In this document: positions 48,931 to 60,088 of the stretch, piece after piece
Layout of the letters: each line of letters opens with the position of its first letter
Position numbering within the stretch: the first letter of the stretch is position 1
Position numbers and translations under genes: made by a program
Notes under the pieces: model-generated
Told to the model about the DNA's origin: nothing
The model's database searches: none
The model's input: only the letters and a program-made list of their open reading frames with translations
Source: Albugo candida
Taxonomy: Eukaryota
DNA length: 64,000 nt
Reading direction: 5' to 3'
Assembly (NCBI GenBank): GCA_040437565.1
Contig: JBDOQK010000021.1
Coordinates: forward strand, 434,001 to 498,000

Positions 48931-49489
48931 GGATGTTTATATCCTCACAACAAAAAATTGATATTCCCACAATTTTCTAAATTACATTTTTTTTCACAAA
49001 TCACATTTCTGTGTGGCCGTCACGCGAGTGCTCCACGAAGCTGCAGTTGCTGCTTCTGATTCATCTTTGGTAATCTTCAGGTGATGTAGGCGACTCATTA
49101 TGTGGCTGAATTGCTGCGTTTTCATCGACGTATCTATACATACCCCGCATACACAAAAGAGGATTAGCTATATATTGAGACGCTGGAAAGTTCAATCAAA
49201 ATCAGAATCGGTATGTAGCTCATTTGTGATACAAGGCCTCGACAGTGATATTCACTGTACGCAACCGACGCAAAAATTATGGCTCAAATGAATAATTTGG
49301 AAGCCACGCGAGTTGAAATCCTTACTAAGAGCATATAACGCCAGCGATGGGAATCGGCAAAAAGCAAAACATCGTCACTCGAACAAATAATCAGCTTTTG
49401 AATATTGAGACTATGGAAAGTTTTATCAGAATCGGAATCGGTGTAGCTCATTTCTGACACCACATAATGATGTAATTCGAATAAAAAAC

Positions 49490-51737
49490 AGGAATCGTTA
49501 TGCAGCCATCACCTTCTCTGTGACCAGCCTATAGACTTCATAAATTTATAGTATATTGGCTTCTGTTTGGTTTGAATGAATATAGCAGAATGAATAAATT
49601 CAGTTACGGGAATCGTTATTCAGCCCCCATGTGGCCTCTAATTGGTCTGAAAAAGTGAAACGGAAAAAATGAAAAGCATATGAATCACATTGTTATCTCC
49701 TGCAACTTCAATTTACTTTTAGGCTTGTTGACATCTAGAATGGGCTATCCTTGCGCCCATGCTTTTGGTCACCAAGTAATGCTGCTGTCTTTAATGATTT
49801 GATCAGCTTTGGGGTGGCTGGTACAGCTAATGCCAATTCGAATTGAGGCTGAGACGATGCCAATTGGAACTGAGAAAGCAGTGAAGAGAATTACTGATGA
49901 GTATGAGGATTCTTGCAATCATCGTAAGCGTGTGCAGTAAGACTATATTTTGTCCATCCCATAGACAGAAACTCGCGATCCTGCGCATGTGCGCACGCGT
50001 GGTAGGCCATCGAGCTCAGCGCTGCGACTTCCATCGAAGTTTGATCATGTCACTTCTGCTTCGGATGCTCTTTTGTATAGCCGGAGATGTCGGAAATACC
50101 AAAAGACAGGCCAAAATGCCACAACCTGCCGTCAAGAAGCAACAGCACTAACAACACCAGCAGCAGTAGATCTAGATATAGACCTAGATTAAGTCAGACC
50201 AACCTGAGGCCACCATTTCCATTAATTTAAGGAGGATGAGGGCTAAATAACGATTCCCGTAATTTAATTTTCGGAATCCTTATTCAGCACTCACCTTTTC
50301 TTTGATCAGCACTCAGCCTCCATAACTTAATGAGGATAAATAAAAATAAATGACGGAAATTGTTATTATCAGCCCCAACCCCTCATAAATCTATGAAAAT
50401 TTTGGCTTCTGATCGGTCTGAATAAAGGCAACGGAATGAGAACAATCAAATGGAAAAACTTCTGTTTTTGCATGCAAATTTTGTACTACTTATTCTAAGT
50501 CTGTATCTAAATGTACTGCTGCAAGTATTGCTGGTGCTGTTGGTGCTGGTGTTGCTTGTCGACGGCAGGTTCTTGCATTGTGACTTGTCTTTTGGCATTT
50601 CCGACATCTCCGGCGATGCAAAAGAGCATCCGAGCAGAAGTGACATGTTCAAACTTCGATGGAAGTCGCAGCGCTGAGCTCGATAGCCTACCACGCGTGC
50701 GCACTTGCGCAGGATTGCGAATTTCTGTCTATGGGACGGACAAAATATAGTCTTACTGCACACGCTTACGATGATTGCAAGAATCCTCACACTCATCAGT
50801 AATTCTCTTCACTGCTTTTTCAATTCCAATTGGCATGGTCCCAGCCTCAATATGAACTGGCATTGGCTGTACCAGCCACAACTGCTGATCAGAATCATTA
50901 ACAGACAACGAAAAGCATGGGCGTAAGAATAGCCCGTTGAAGATGTCAACAAGCCTACTGGTAAATTGAAGTTGCCGGAGACAACAGTGTCATTTATATA
51001 TTTTTTATTTATTCCCTTGCATCTATTCGGACCAATAAGAGGCTACACTTGCCATTAATTTGTGGAGGGTGGGGGCTGAACAACGATTCCCGTATTAATT
51101 TATGGAGGCTTTGTGCTGATGAAATGAAAGGTGAGTGCTGAATTATTAATAACGATTATTTTTTATTTGATTTAGGGGTGCGTTAAAATTCCCTCAGTTT
51201 GACATGATTGGCTAATTTTCGAGACGTTTCGACATGATTAGCTAATTCCGGAGACTGAGAATTCAACCTTATCGACTGCGAAAGAGGCTATCATTCTCAC
51301 CCGGAAACTATCTTCAAAGACCGAGTTTGAAGACCATAAGTTTCTTGTGTCATGGATGACCCGTACACAGTGAAATACTAGGTCTCAGTTTGCAGAATAG
51401 AATATTTTTGTGTTATCAACAAACTGTGAACTACGAAATAGTCTAACAACAATGAGCTACGCGAACAAACGCGAACGCTAACTGAACGCAAGACTGAGCG
51501 CCAAATAGTTCGCGTCGAAAAGTAGCTGTTAATGCTATCATTCTGTCCCTAATCTAGGCGAACGTTAGCACTATGCAAGCATAAAATTAGCCAATCATAT
51601 CAAACTGAGGGGGTTTTAACGGTTTCTTTATTTTTTCTGTTATATTTCTTTAAACCAATCAAAGGCCACTAAAATATTCATAAATGGAGGCTGGTGGCTG
51701 ATAATAGAAAAGGTGGTGGATGAATAGCGATTCCCTA
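49490..51737. mobile_element. Nested cluster of non-autonomous TIR elements (TIR consensus GGGAATCGTTAT(T/G)CAGCC), including two inverted units of about 650-740 bp
   Basis: TIR copies near 49490, 49608, 50240-50258, 50355, 51072-51091 and 51718-51736, several with TA flanks. 49605-50195 is the diverged reverse complement of about 50495-51095. Confidence 0.75.
51181..51621. mobile_element. MITE, about 440 bp
   Basis: About 40-bp TIRs: CGTTAAAATTCCCTCAGTTTGACATGATTGGCTAATTTT and AAAATTAGCCAATCATATCAAACTGAGGGGGTTTTAACG. Confidence 0.75.
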
Positions 51738-51777
51738 AAAGAAACGTATTTGAAAAGTTGTTGAGATATCAATTTCA

Positions 51778-53690
51778 AGAGTATGATATCCCCACAACTT
51801 TTGTTTTATTTACATTATTATTTTGAATTTTGAACTACATCATGCCTACTTGAATTATTACGGCCACTGCTAAATGTACACCCCCCTTTGCTATTTGTAC
51901 ATCCCCGTGATTAATAGCCAATCAGAAGCTATTTAAAATTTTCTCGCGTCGTGGAACTGTTTGCACGAGTAAATAATTGTTTCACTATAAGTAGCAAGGT
52001 CGAGACCATGAAGAAATAAAACAAAAAAAAACAGAATTAAAACTAAACACTAGTTACTTCGGCGAAGTCATACTCTTTCTCTTCCGATCTGTTCTGCACA
52101 AATTCAGCTTTTTTGCTGAATGTGAAGCGTTTGATGTCGCAAATATGATCTTTTGTCTTATTTCAGAAGCGATCAATTGCTTCCTGCTAAAAAAGCAGAG
52201 GTGTAGCATTTATAGAAAGAGTCTTGAGCACACACAAATTCTATATAAATGCGATTAATTATAATAGAGAGTACATCGGTGGCTTTATGTACAAAAAAGC
52301 CTATGTCACAGCAAGCCAAGTCATCTAGTGCAGAAGCGAACTTCATTGATTCATTTAAGCGGCAACACTATAGATACAAAAACGAACGGATGAAACGTAG
52401 CTTGAATCTTTTGCCCGAAGATGTTTCTTCCAGAAAAAAGCGGTAAATCTGTCTGAATGACTCGTATACACTCAAAAGAATGAAATCAACCTATATAACA
52501 CAGAAGCATGTACCGAATCCAGCAGCTAGGAGAAATGTGCCACGTCAAAATATTGTTTCAATCAAAAAGCCTTCAGCCTAGCCGTGAAAGATAATTTGTC
52601 GCAGACTCCTCGAAGCAGACATACTGATCAATAACTCCAGATGTGGCTGTATGAGAACAAGATCTTGGCTAAGATGCCACCTGATTGGAGGCGAGTGCAA
52701 GCATAGTGTATGATGCTCAAAAGAAAAGGCCTTCGTGATAGATCAAAGCATTCAGCAATGCTGGATGGCTTGAACAGTGTCAAGATTATGTAAAGAGACA
52801 CAAGAAGGTCTATCGAGGTGTTTCTGACAATGATTAGAAAAAGTAGGAGGTGCCGTATCCTTAAAGTGATAAGTGTCGTGTACAAGTTAAGCTCATTGTT
52901 AAATGTGTGTGAGAAGGCGCAACATCAGTACTGAAGTGACGAATCTGTTCGTAACAGATTCGTAACAGGGGGAAACTACGCGTCCGAACAGTTTCGCGAT
53001 GCGAGGAAGTCTTCCAGGCTTTTATTGGCTATGAATCAGGGGGCTGTACAAACAGCAGTGGGGGGTAAATATAGCAGTGGCCATTATTATTCCCACTGCG
53101 TTTTTGCAAAATAAATTTTTTGCAATTTTAACTCGTAGAAGTCATTTATGTCTAATCATAGTAATGTAGAAACCTTCAACTGAGCTAATCACGCGTCATT
53201 AATAGACGATTCATCATGACTTTATTGAGCTATAATGTGTCGTAAAGACACAACAATTAAGGCCGGAAATAAAATGTATTATGAAAAAATTCTGTGAAGG
53301 TAAACTATCTAGTTATTGAAGTTTGTCCTGGATCTGAGCTAGCCAAAGTTCGTTCTTCATTGGTGGCGCGGTACTACTAAATTGCATCTACCTGAGGTAA
53401 TTTTCATCTGAACGGCATGCCGATGATTACTTTTTACTACTATAGAGAGTCAGAGTAGAATGTTTCAAATGGAAAATGTTCAATGTATTAGCCGATCACA
53501 GTTGAGAACGCATGTGTACTAGCCAATCATAAATTGAAGTTGTGGGAGCAATAATCTGGAGTGTGTTTGGTTGTGATTGGTTAAAATGTAATGTTATTTA
53601 TTCATTTTTCAAAGCAAAACATTGTGCGAGTAAAAATCCAAATAGGCATTATGTAATTAAAAAAAAACCTTGTGGGATATCAACACCCTT
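51778..53690. mobile_element. Non-autonomous TIR element hosting the 51862-53082 insertion
   Basis: About 40-bp imperfect TIRs with core GATATCCC(C)ACAA at 51785-51797 and 53670-53681. A related terminus is at 48929-48975. Confidence 0.55.
51862..53082. mobile_element. Non-autonomous DNA transposon with about 100-bp TIRs
   Basis: Termini GGCCACTGCTA...TAGCAGTGGCC with an imperfect match over about 100 bp. Flanks ATTATTAC and ATTATTAT (8-bp TSD, one mismatch). Confidence 0.75.
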
Positions 53691-54479
53691 TATTTAGCGC
53701 TAAAGCTCAAGTGAACGCGCTTAAAGTCAGCAAATGATAGTTCTAAAACATAATCTACCAATCGCAGTAATTCAAAAACTAATGCTTTTTAAATGACGAG
53801 AACTCCCTACCGCATGGAAAAAGAGATATAGACGATTAGCTGTGTACTAAGGAGATACTGCATTCTTCAATCAGGTTAATCGTCATAAAAGTAAGATTTC
53901 TACGAAATGGTACATCGGGCAATGCTGATAAGTACTCGTGTGGTATTAATGGCATTCTCTTTGAGTTTTGATGCTTTGCAGTAAGGGTCTATATCTTCTC
54001 AGTTCGCAGAGCGATTCAATTTCTATACAGGACACCTTAACATCATGAAAGATACTGGAAACAAGCTCGATGCACAATTCGAGGTTGATTCAGTTCTACA
54101 GGACAAGAAAAAGCGATAGTGTGCACACGGTCTCATAATGTGAAATAATGGACCAAGGTCACCATAGGCAGCGTGCATCATTACGCGATAAAATATTGTA
54201 TGGTAGCCTACAAGTAGTATACGTTATTGATCATGTGAGGGTTCAATTATCGTCTCAATCTTGGCAAAGAAACAAATTTCACTGATCAAAAAGTCATATT
54301 TTAAAACAATGACAATGAAATCTATCAAAAATCGTTGCTGCAGAATCTATGCAGGAATTGCAATCATGTTCGTTAAAATTATGCTTGGCATTGGGAACAT
54401 TCGCCAACAGTAAGCCCACCGTTGACAGCAAGAACAGTAGTACTTCTCCTTGCTATTGACTCTACTAGGCATCGAAGCA

Positions 54480-55400
54480 TCTCGGGGGATGTCTTGCTGT
54501 ATTCCTCACCAAGTATGGTAGCCATTTCTTCGACCTTTTTGGCATGTTGCGGTTTTGGGTGACATCTTTGAGATTCTTACACAGGTTTTCGTTGGGATTG
54601 AGATCAGGGCTTTGGGCAGGACATTACAGCTTTGCAATCGACCAATTCTCACGCCAGGTCTTTGCTGCACTACTACGGTGGAGTGGCGCACAATTCTTCA
54701 TAAGCCTTAGGTCTTTCTTGTCTTCCTGGTCGTCCACCATGGTCCAAGTGCAGGGTCATAGACTAGTTTGACAAAGTCTGGTGGCAATACGATATTGGAA
54801 TCGCATGATGACCATTGGAAGAATCTTTTCGCCATCGAAAAGCACCCCAGATCATCAACGAGGACCGTTTCCTCTTAAATGTTGGCGCTAAATACTCATA
54901 AACAAAATTTTCATCCACGCGACACCACACAACAACCTGACCAGAATTCTTGCCAATCTTGATGATGGACTCATCGTTTCAAGCGACCTTCTTTCAGTCC
55001 TCTACTGTCCAATTTCTATATTTTCGAGCAAACCCCAGCTCTTAGCATTTTTCTTATCCGTCAAAAAGCCTTTGGTGGGAATGCGACCGTTGAAGCCCAT
55101 TTTCTGGAGGGCGCTACGGATTGTGCCTGGCGATGCCAGAGTATTCGCATTGTTCTCGATTCATGATAATGGTGCCCGCCGGTTTGCATCATAGTGCGCC
55201 TGATAGACCTTCTTGTCTTTTCTGAGAGCTTGGTTACGCCAGTTCTGTAGCACTGTCGAAATGGATGAGTAGGTGAAAACTGTTTGGGCGGTAAGTTCAC
55301 GCTGCCTGGTGCAATCCTATGTTGGTAGCTTTCTCTTCAATGCTCAAACAACGTGTCTTCATAATTAACAAATGGTTTGATGTCGAAACCGCAAAGGAAG
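54480..55400 (-). mobile_element. Possible highly decayed Gypsy pol relic (integrase zinc-finger region)
   Basis: Loose resemblance only (H..G...Y.P.L..D......TCQK across frameshifts near 54520-54700). Confidence 0.25.
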
Positions 55401-55554
55401 ATGGCTGGACGGTCTTCTTTATATTCTTTATGTTCTTTATGTTCTTTATCTTCTTAATTTTGATTTGGGTTTGAGAAACATAACTTTTACTTTTTGTAGC
55501 TTACGGTACGCTTCAATATTCCTGATACCTAATTATCATATTTCGATTATTGAT

Positions 55555-57990
55555 GGAACCAGGTATAGACACACAGTCCTTTTAGTATAGCCACACTTCC
55601 TAACTTTAACGAGAACACCGGTATCGTTTCACCCCCTAAATGGCCTAAATTGGATGGGAACCCGGTATCGTTACACCCCATAAAAAATCCCCTAAATTAA
55701 ATGGGAATCGGTATCGCCACACTCGCTAAATCAAAATCAAATGGAAACCGAGATCGCTACACCCCCTAAATTAAATTACAGATTTCCTTTGTTAATTTTG
55801 GGCTGTGGACATGTGCGCCTGTTGTGACCTTCACGCTTGCAGGCCCACATCTTCGTTTTGGCAGTTTCTGCCCCTCTCTCTTAATGTACTCAAATAAGGG
55901 CAGATCTCGTTTGGTTCTCGTTGATCCTTTCAGCCGTCTACGTGAGGCCACTGTGGCAGGATCATTTACCCCTGGACATGGAAAAGATGCAAGGCGATTG
56001 AGATCCTGATCCTGCTCAAGGAGGCGCTGCCTGTGTGGAGGCAAAACCAAATAACGCTCTTGCGACTTTTTTCATAAAGTCCGAAAAAGCTTGTTTTTTC
56101 CTAACGAGGCATTGCAGGATGCAGTGTGGGCTGTACAGGCTTGTGAAGCCACCAGTGATCATGAAAATGAGCTTTATGCAAGGTAACCCCATCTTTTGCA
56201 GCTCTTTGATGGCATGAGAGCACGTTAATACTTTGGTTCTGGTGAACGTTCCATTGCACCTATCATTGTTCTCTATTGATGGTGCCTTTTGGTACTGCTT
56301 GAAAAACTGCAGAAAACAAATTATGGTAAGTACATACTTTGCCAGTACTGTACACAACTGTATGCATACACTAGTGTTACATACTTCATTCAATGCATAT
56401 TGTGAAATCTTTTTATTCACAATTGTCCAGAAGCTCCCATCAACGCGGGCGATAATGTGTGAACGATCGTATGCAACTTTTTGACTTACTCCTTGGCACT
56501 GCTTTTGAGCTGGGAGAACCAATTTCTCATAAACTGTTGCCAAATACTCTGTTGAAAATGCAATCCATTTCTTCAAGATTGCATGTTTGCCTTCAATGCG
56601 AGATGTAGCTGCATGACCAAAATGCTTTATTTTTCTGGTCAAAGCGAGAATGAATTTCTCCTTTTGCAGAATCCATGTGGATTGTAAATACGCATAGCCA
56701 GTCTCATTTGTAGCATCTTTGAGTATCACCCAATTCTCTTAGAATTCCTGGTCAGTGGCAGAGCAGTACAATCCGTACCACTTTTTAAAAAAACTGGTTC
56801 CAGTCTTCGTCTATTTGCAAAGTGCTTTTTAGCGTTTTCCAGGACATTCTTATCAATATGCCATATGCAAAGCAGATTCTTCGCTTCAGGTAGAACCCAT
56901 GATGTTGCAGCCATCAATGCCAATTCTCTGTCAGTGACAATGATAATCGGACCAGTGATTCTATCTTGGAAACCTATCCTCATTTGCCGAAGTGCCCAAA
57001 TGTAATCATCTTCTGATTCGTGTCGCAAGAAAACATAGCAAAGGGAATATGACTGGTTTGTGCATGCCAAACCCATGACATGGAGGAATGGCATTTGAAA
57101 CCTGGAGATTTTTTTATGCTCTTTGTTGATGTTGGGCACAGATTAATTGGAAAGCATTTTACTCACCTGTTGGTTTTGTATGTCGAATATGTTAGAAGAA
57201 CCTCTACCCGAATCAAATTCATTGTCGGTCGAGATGCAAAGCTTAGGTGCAATTGAGAGGCGCGTTAATTGACCTGATGAGGGGTCCCTATCAAGCTCAT
57301 GCCTAATGACACTTTCCTCTAGTGTGTTCATCAATGCTTTAAGAGGGCTATGACCAAGGAGAAACTCCGCTTGTTCACGTTTTCGAACATTGTGAATGTC
57401 TTTCCCGGTGGCAAGAAAAGAAGGACCAGACCGCTTCATTGTACTCAAAATTAACCGAGGAGGCTTTTGTGAAGTCCAGAATTTGCTGCCTCTACACCTG
57501 GTTCAATATCCTGGTTTTTGGGAATGATGCAAGATTCTCTGCTGCCCCATGATGTGATTTGCAACGACCACACTCACACGCCATTCTTGCACAGAATCGA
57601 ATTCAGTAAGCGCTGAATAGTGACTAGCCATGGCAACGTTAGAAGCCGCCGTGATGTTTGGCGGATCCTCGTGTCTTAGTTTCTGTGATGATCACCGTGG
57701 GCGCAAGCAAGCCACAACTTTCCAGTATTTCCGTACTTGTCGGCGTTTGTGCGGGCTTTCTTTGTGGAATAGTCGTCTTGCCAGGCAAAGGTTCGTACTG
57801 CCTCTTCTGCAATATCACAGGCCTCAAAGGTGTGTTCGGGGGTTGGCGCATGTGGCATACTGAGGACAGAGTGTATAAATTAGCGTACTTGTAGCAATTT
57901 ATGTAGATGTACAGCGATTTTGAAAATCGCTGTGTGTGACGATACCAGTGTTCTCATTTAAGTTCGGGTATGTGGCTATACCGAATCCCT
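55555..57990 (-). mobile_element. Mutator-like element (MULE) with a frameshifted FAR1-like transposase pseudogene (about 55766-57858)
   Basis: N-terminal FAR1-like region (EEAVRTFA..LACAHG), MULE core (MPFLHVMG, ESEDDYIWAL, IIVTDRELALM, LCIWHIDKNV), HFG..TSRIEGKH, CNGTF..CSH, KGSTRTKRD. About 55-bp TIRs (GTATAGCCACA..GAGAACAC.GGTATCGT) at about 55585 and 57981, plus subterminal GGTATCG repeats. Confidence 0.9.
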
Positions 57991-59250
57991 TCTTTTCTGA
58001 ACTTTATGATATTGCAAGTATCCAAACCATGAATTTTTACCAAGTGCATTGAATAGAAGTTGCTAAGGAGACACAATTTTTTCTTAATTCTATAAAAATC
58101 AGCTTGTGGGTTCTATAGTAGCTCATATCGCATATCGTCTGGTGTAATTCTACATATTGAAAAATACAACGTTTGGCGCCGTTTAGATCGCGGGAACAAG
58201 CATACATGCCCTTTACCGAGTCTGTAGTAGGAGACGGAAGTGATCATTCAGAGTTATCTAATCAATAAGGAAATAGGAAAATTTCCCTTGTATACAAACT
58301 CAACCCCTTATCTTTTGAGTATTCTTCTTCATGATTATCATGTCCGTTGTAGCTGCCTTTTTTGTTTGATGTGACAATGAGAAATCTCTTCTCACGAGGA
58401 GGATAAACGCTAAAATGGCCGGGATGTAATACAAAACTGGATCTAGTACATGTTTGGCGCGCTATGAACGCTCTCTGATTTGTAGAACAAACTCGTAAGG
58501 AACGAGAAAAATTTTGTCACCGCCGTCATTTCCATGACATTTTTCCAGAGCCTTTTTGTAAGGTACTTTCTGAATCGCTGTTGTCCTTATCACGAAAGCT
58601 TGCTTTCTTTCGTGATGTTCCTCGACATTTTTCACAATCTTGAAGGATAAGCGATTTAAATGGTAGCAAAAAAAGGATTCGTGCCGCATCATTCATTACA
58701 AATCACACCATTATGTAGCGGATTATATTACTATCGCGAATGTGATATAGAGACGGTGTATTTGCAGTGAGCAGTCAAGAATATGCCAAAGATTATTATT
58801 TCATATAACCAAAGAAAGTGAATTATCCAATAGGGATATCATACATCATAAATGCAATCATCTCACCGCAATCGCCTGGCGGCATTGTAAGATTTTTCAC
58901 GACTGTAGTCGATAGACATCATCCACAATCCATGAACGTCGCACATGTTAAATCGATTTAAAGTTGTCGAAATAGGAAACCCATTTATCCAATCAAATTT
59001 GTACAATCTAGAAGCAGAGAAAGGTGCCGATTTCGGAATTACAGAAGCACTATGGGAAAATTCTGATTTTCATAAGTTTAAACGCACTCTATCTATGACG
59101 GAGATGACTCTTCCGTTATGAAGGAGACAATATAAGTCTCAATAAAATATTTGAATATGCTGAGGCGCTTATCCAATTATCAAGCTGTGGAGATCACATA
59201 CACCAAGCATCATCAGTGGTATATTTATAGTACAAGGACCACAATTTTGT

Positions 59251-60050
59251 TGTTGGAAATCGCATCTACTGAATATAGAGACGGTAAGTGAAACGATCTT
59301 CAATTGTGAAAGATCGTGATCTAGGAAAATGTAGTAGAAATTGAAAGGTCGGAGAGAAACGAAATAGAAAATAGTTCATCATGGGAGTTCCGAATATACC
59401 CTTTAACAACCATTCTTCAAGTGCCACCTTTTATGCGATTTTCAACAGGTTTATGAGCCCGACTACCAACTTTCAAAACAAGTGAAAATGAAAAGCACCG
59501 ACACGGCAATTTCGCTGAGATCGTATCGATGTACGAGGTCAAGACAAATCCTGTCATAGCTGCGCAGAAGATGTACCGCTTGCACGAAGAGCTACACTGG
59601 ACTAACAAGCATGTAAAAGGAAACATTCGGAGCTATCTTTAAGAACTTTTCGATATTAAGACGAAACTTGCAGCTTAGGATCCCTTGTAAATGACTTGCA
59701 GGTGATGGATCGCATGTTACTAAGTCTATCGGCACATTATTGCTGTGTAACGTGTTAAAACAATCCCGAACATGACAAACTATACACCTGAATTGCTTTG
59801 AAGCATGATCATTACCGCATTAACAAGAAGGGATGAAGGGGAAATCATACTCAGTAACAAGCAAGCAAAAAAAGGCCATTATACGCAAGGCGAAACTCAG
59901 AAAGACAAATAATCGTTGACCATGCTGACAGCAAACCAGTAGCTTGAGTTTGCTAGCATTGCGGTAAAAATCATTTTAACGTGATTGATCGAGGAACAAG
60001 AAACGCAGAATAAAATCAAGCCGTTCCGATGTACAAACGTTAGCTACACA
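59251..60050 (+). mobile_element. Copia element 5' part: LTR 59251-59447, PBS 59448-59460 and decayed gag
   Basis: TGTTGG...TCAACA immediately followed by GGTTTATGAGCCC (Copia-type PBS). Gag-like ELFDIKTKLAA and zinc-knuckle relic C*HCGKNH near 59950. Confidence 0.7.
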
Positions 60051-60088
60051 TGAAGTCAAAGAAAATCCAGATAATGATCAGAAAATGC

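Noticed and set aside
49897-50796. Paired similar ORFs MS(M/V)RILAIIVSVCSK as small secreted proteins
   Set aside because: They are the two arms of an inverted MITE pair and their frames diverge, so conservation is at the DNA level.
55555-55770. Spaced GGTATCG..ACAC repeats as a CRISPR-like array
   Set aside because: Degenerate subterminal repeats of the MULE, matched at its other end; eukaryotic context and no cas genes.
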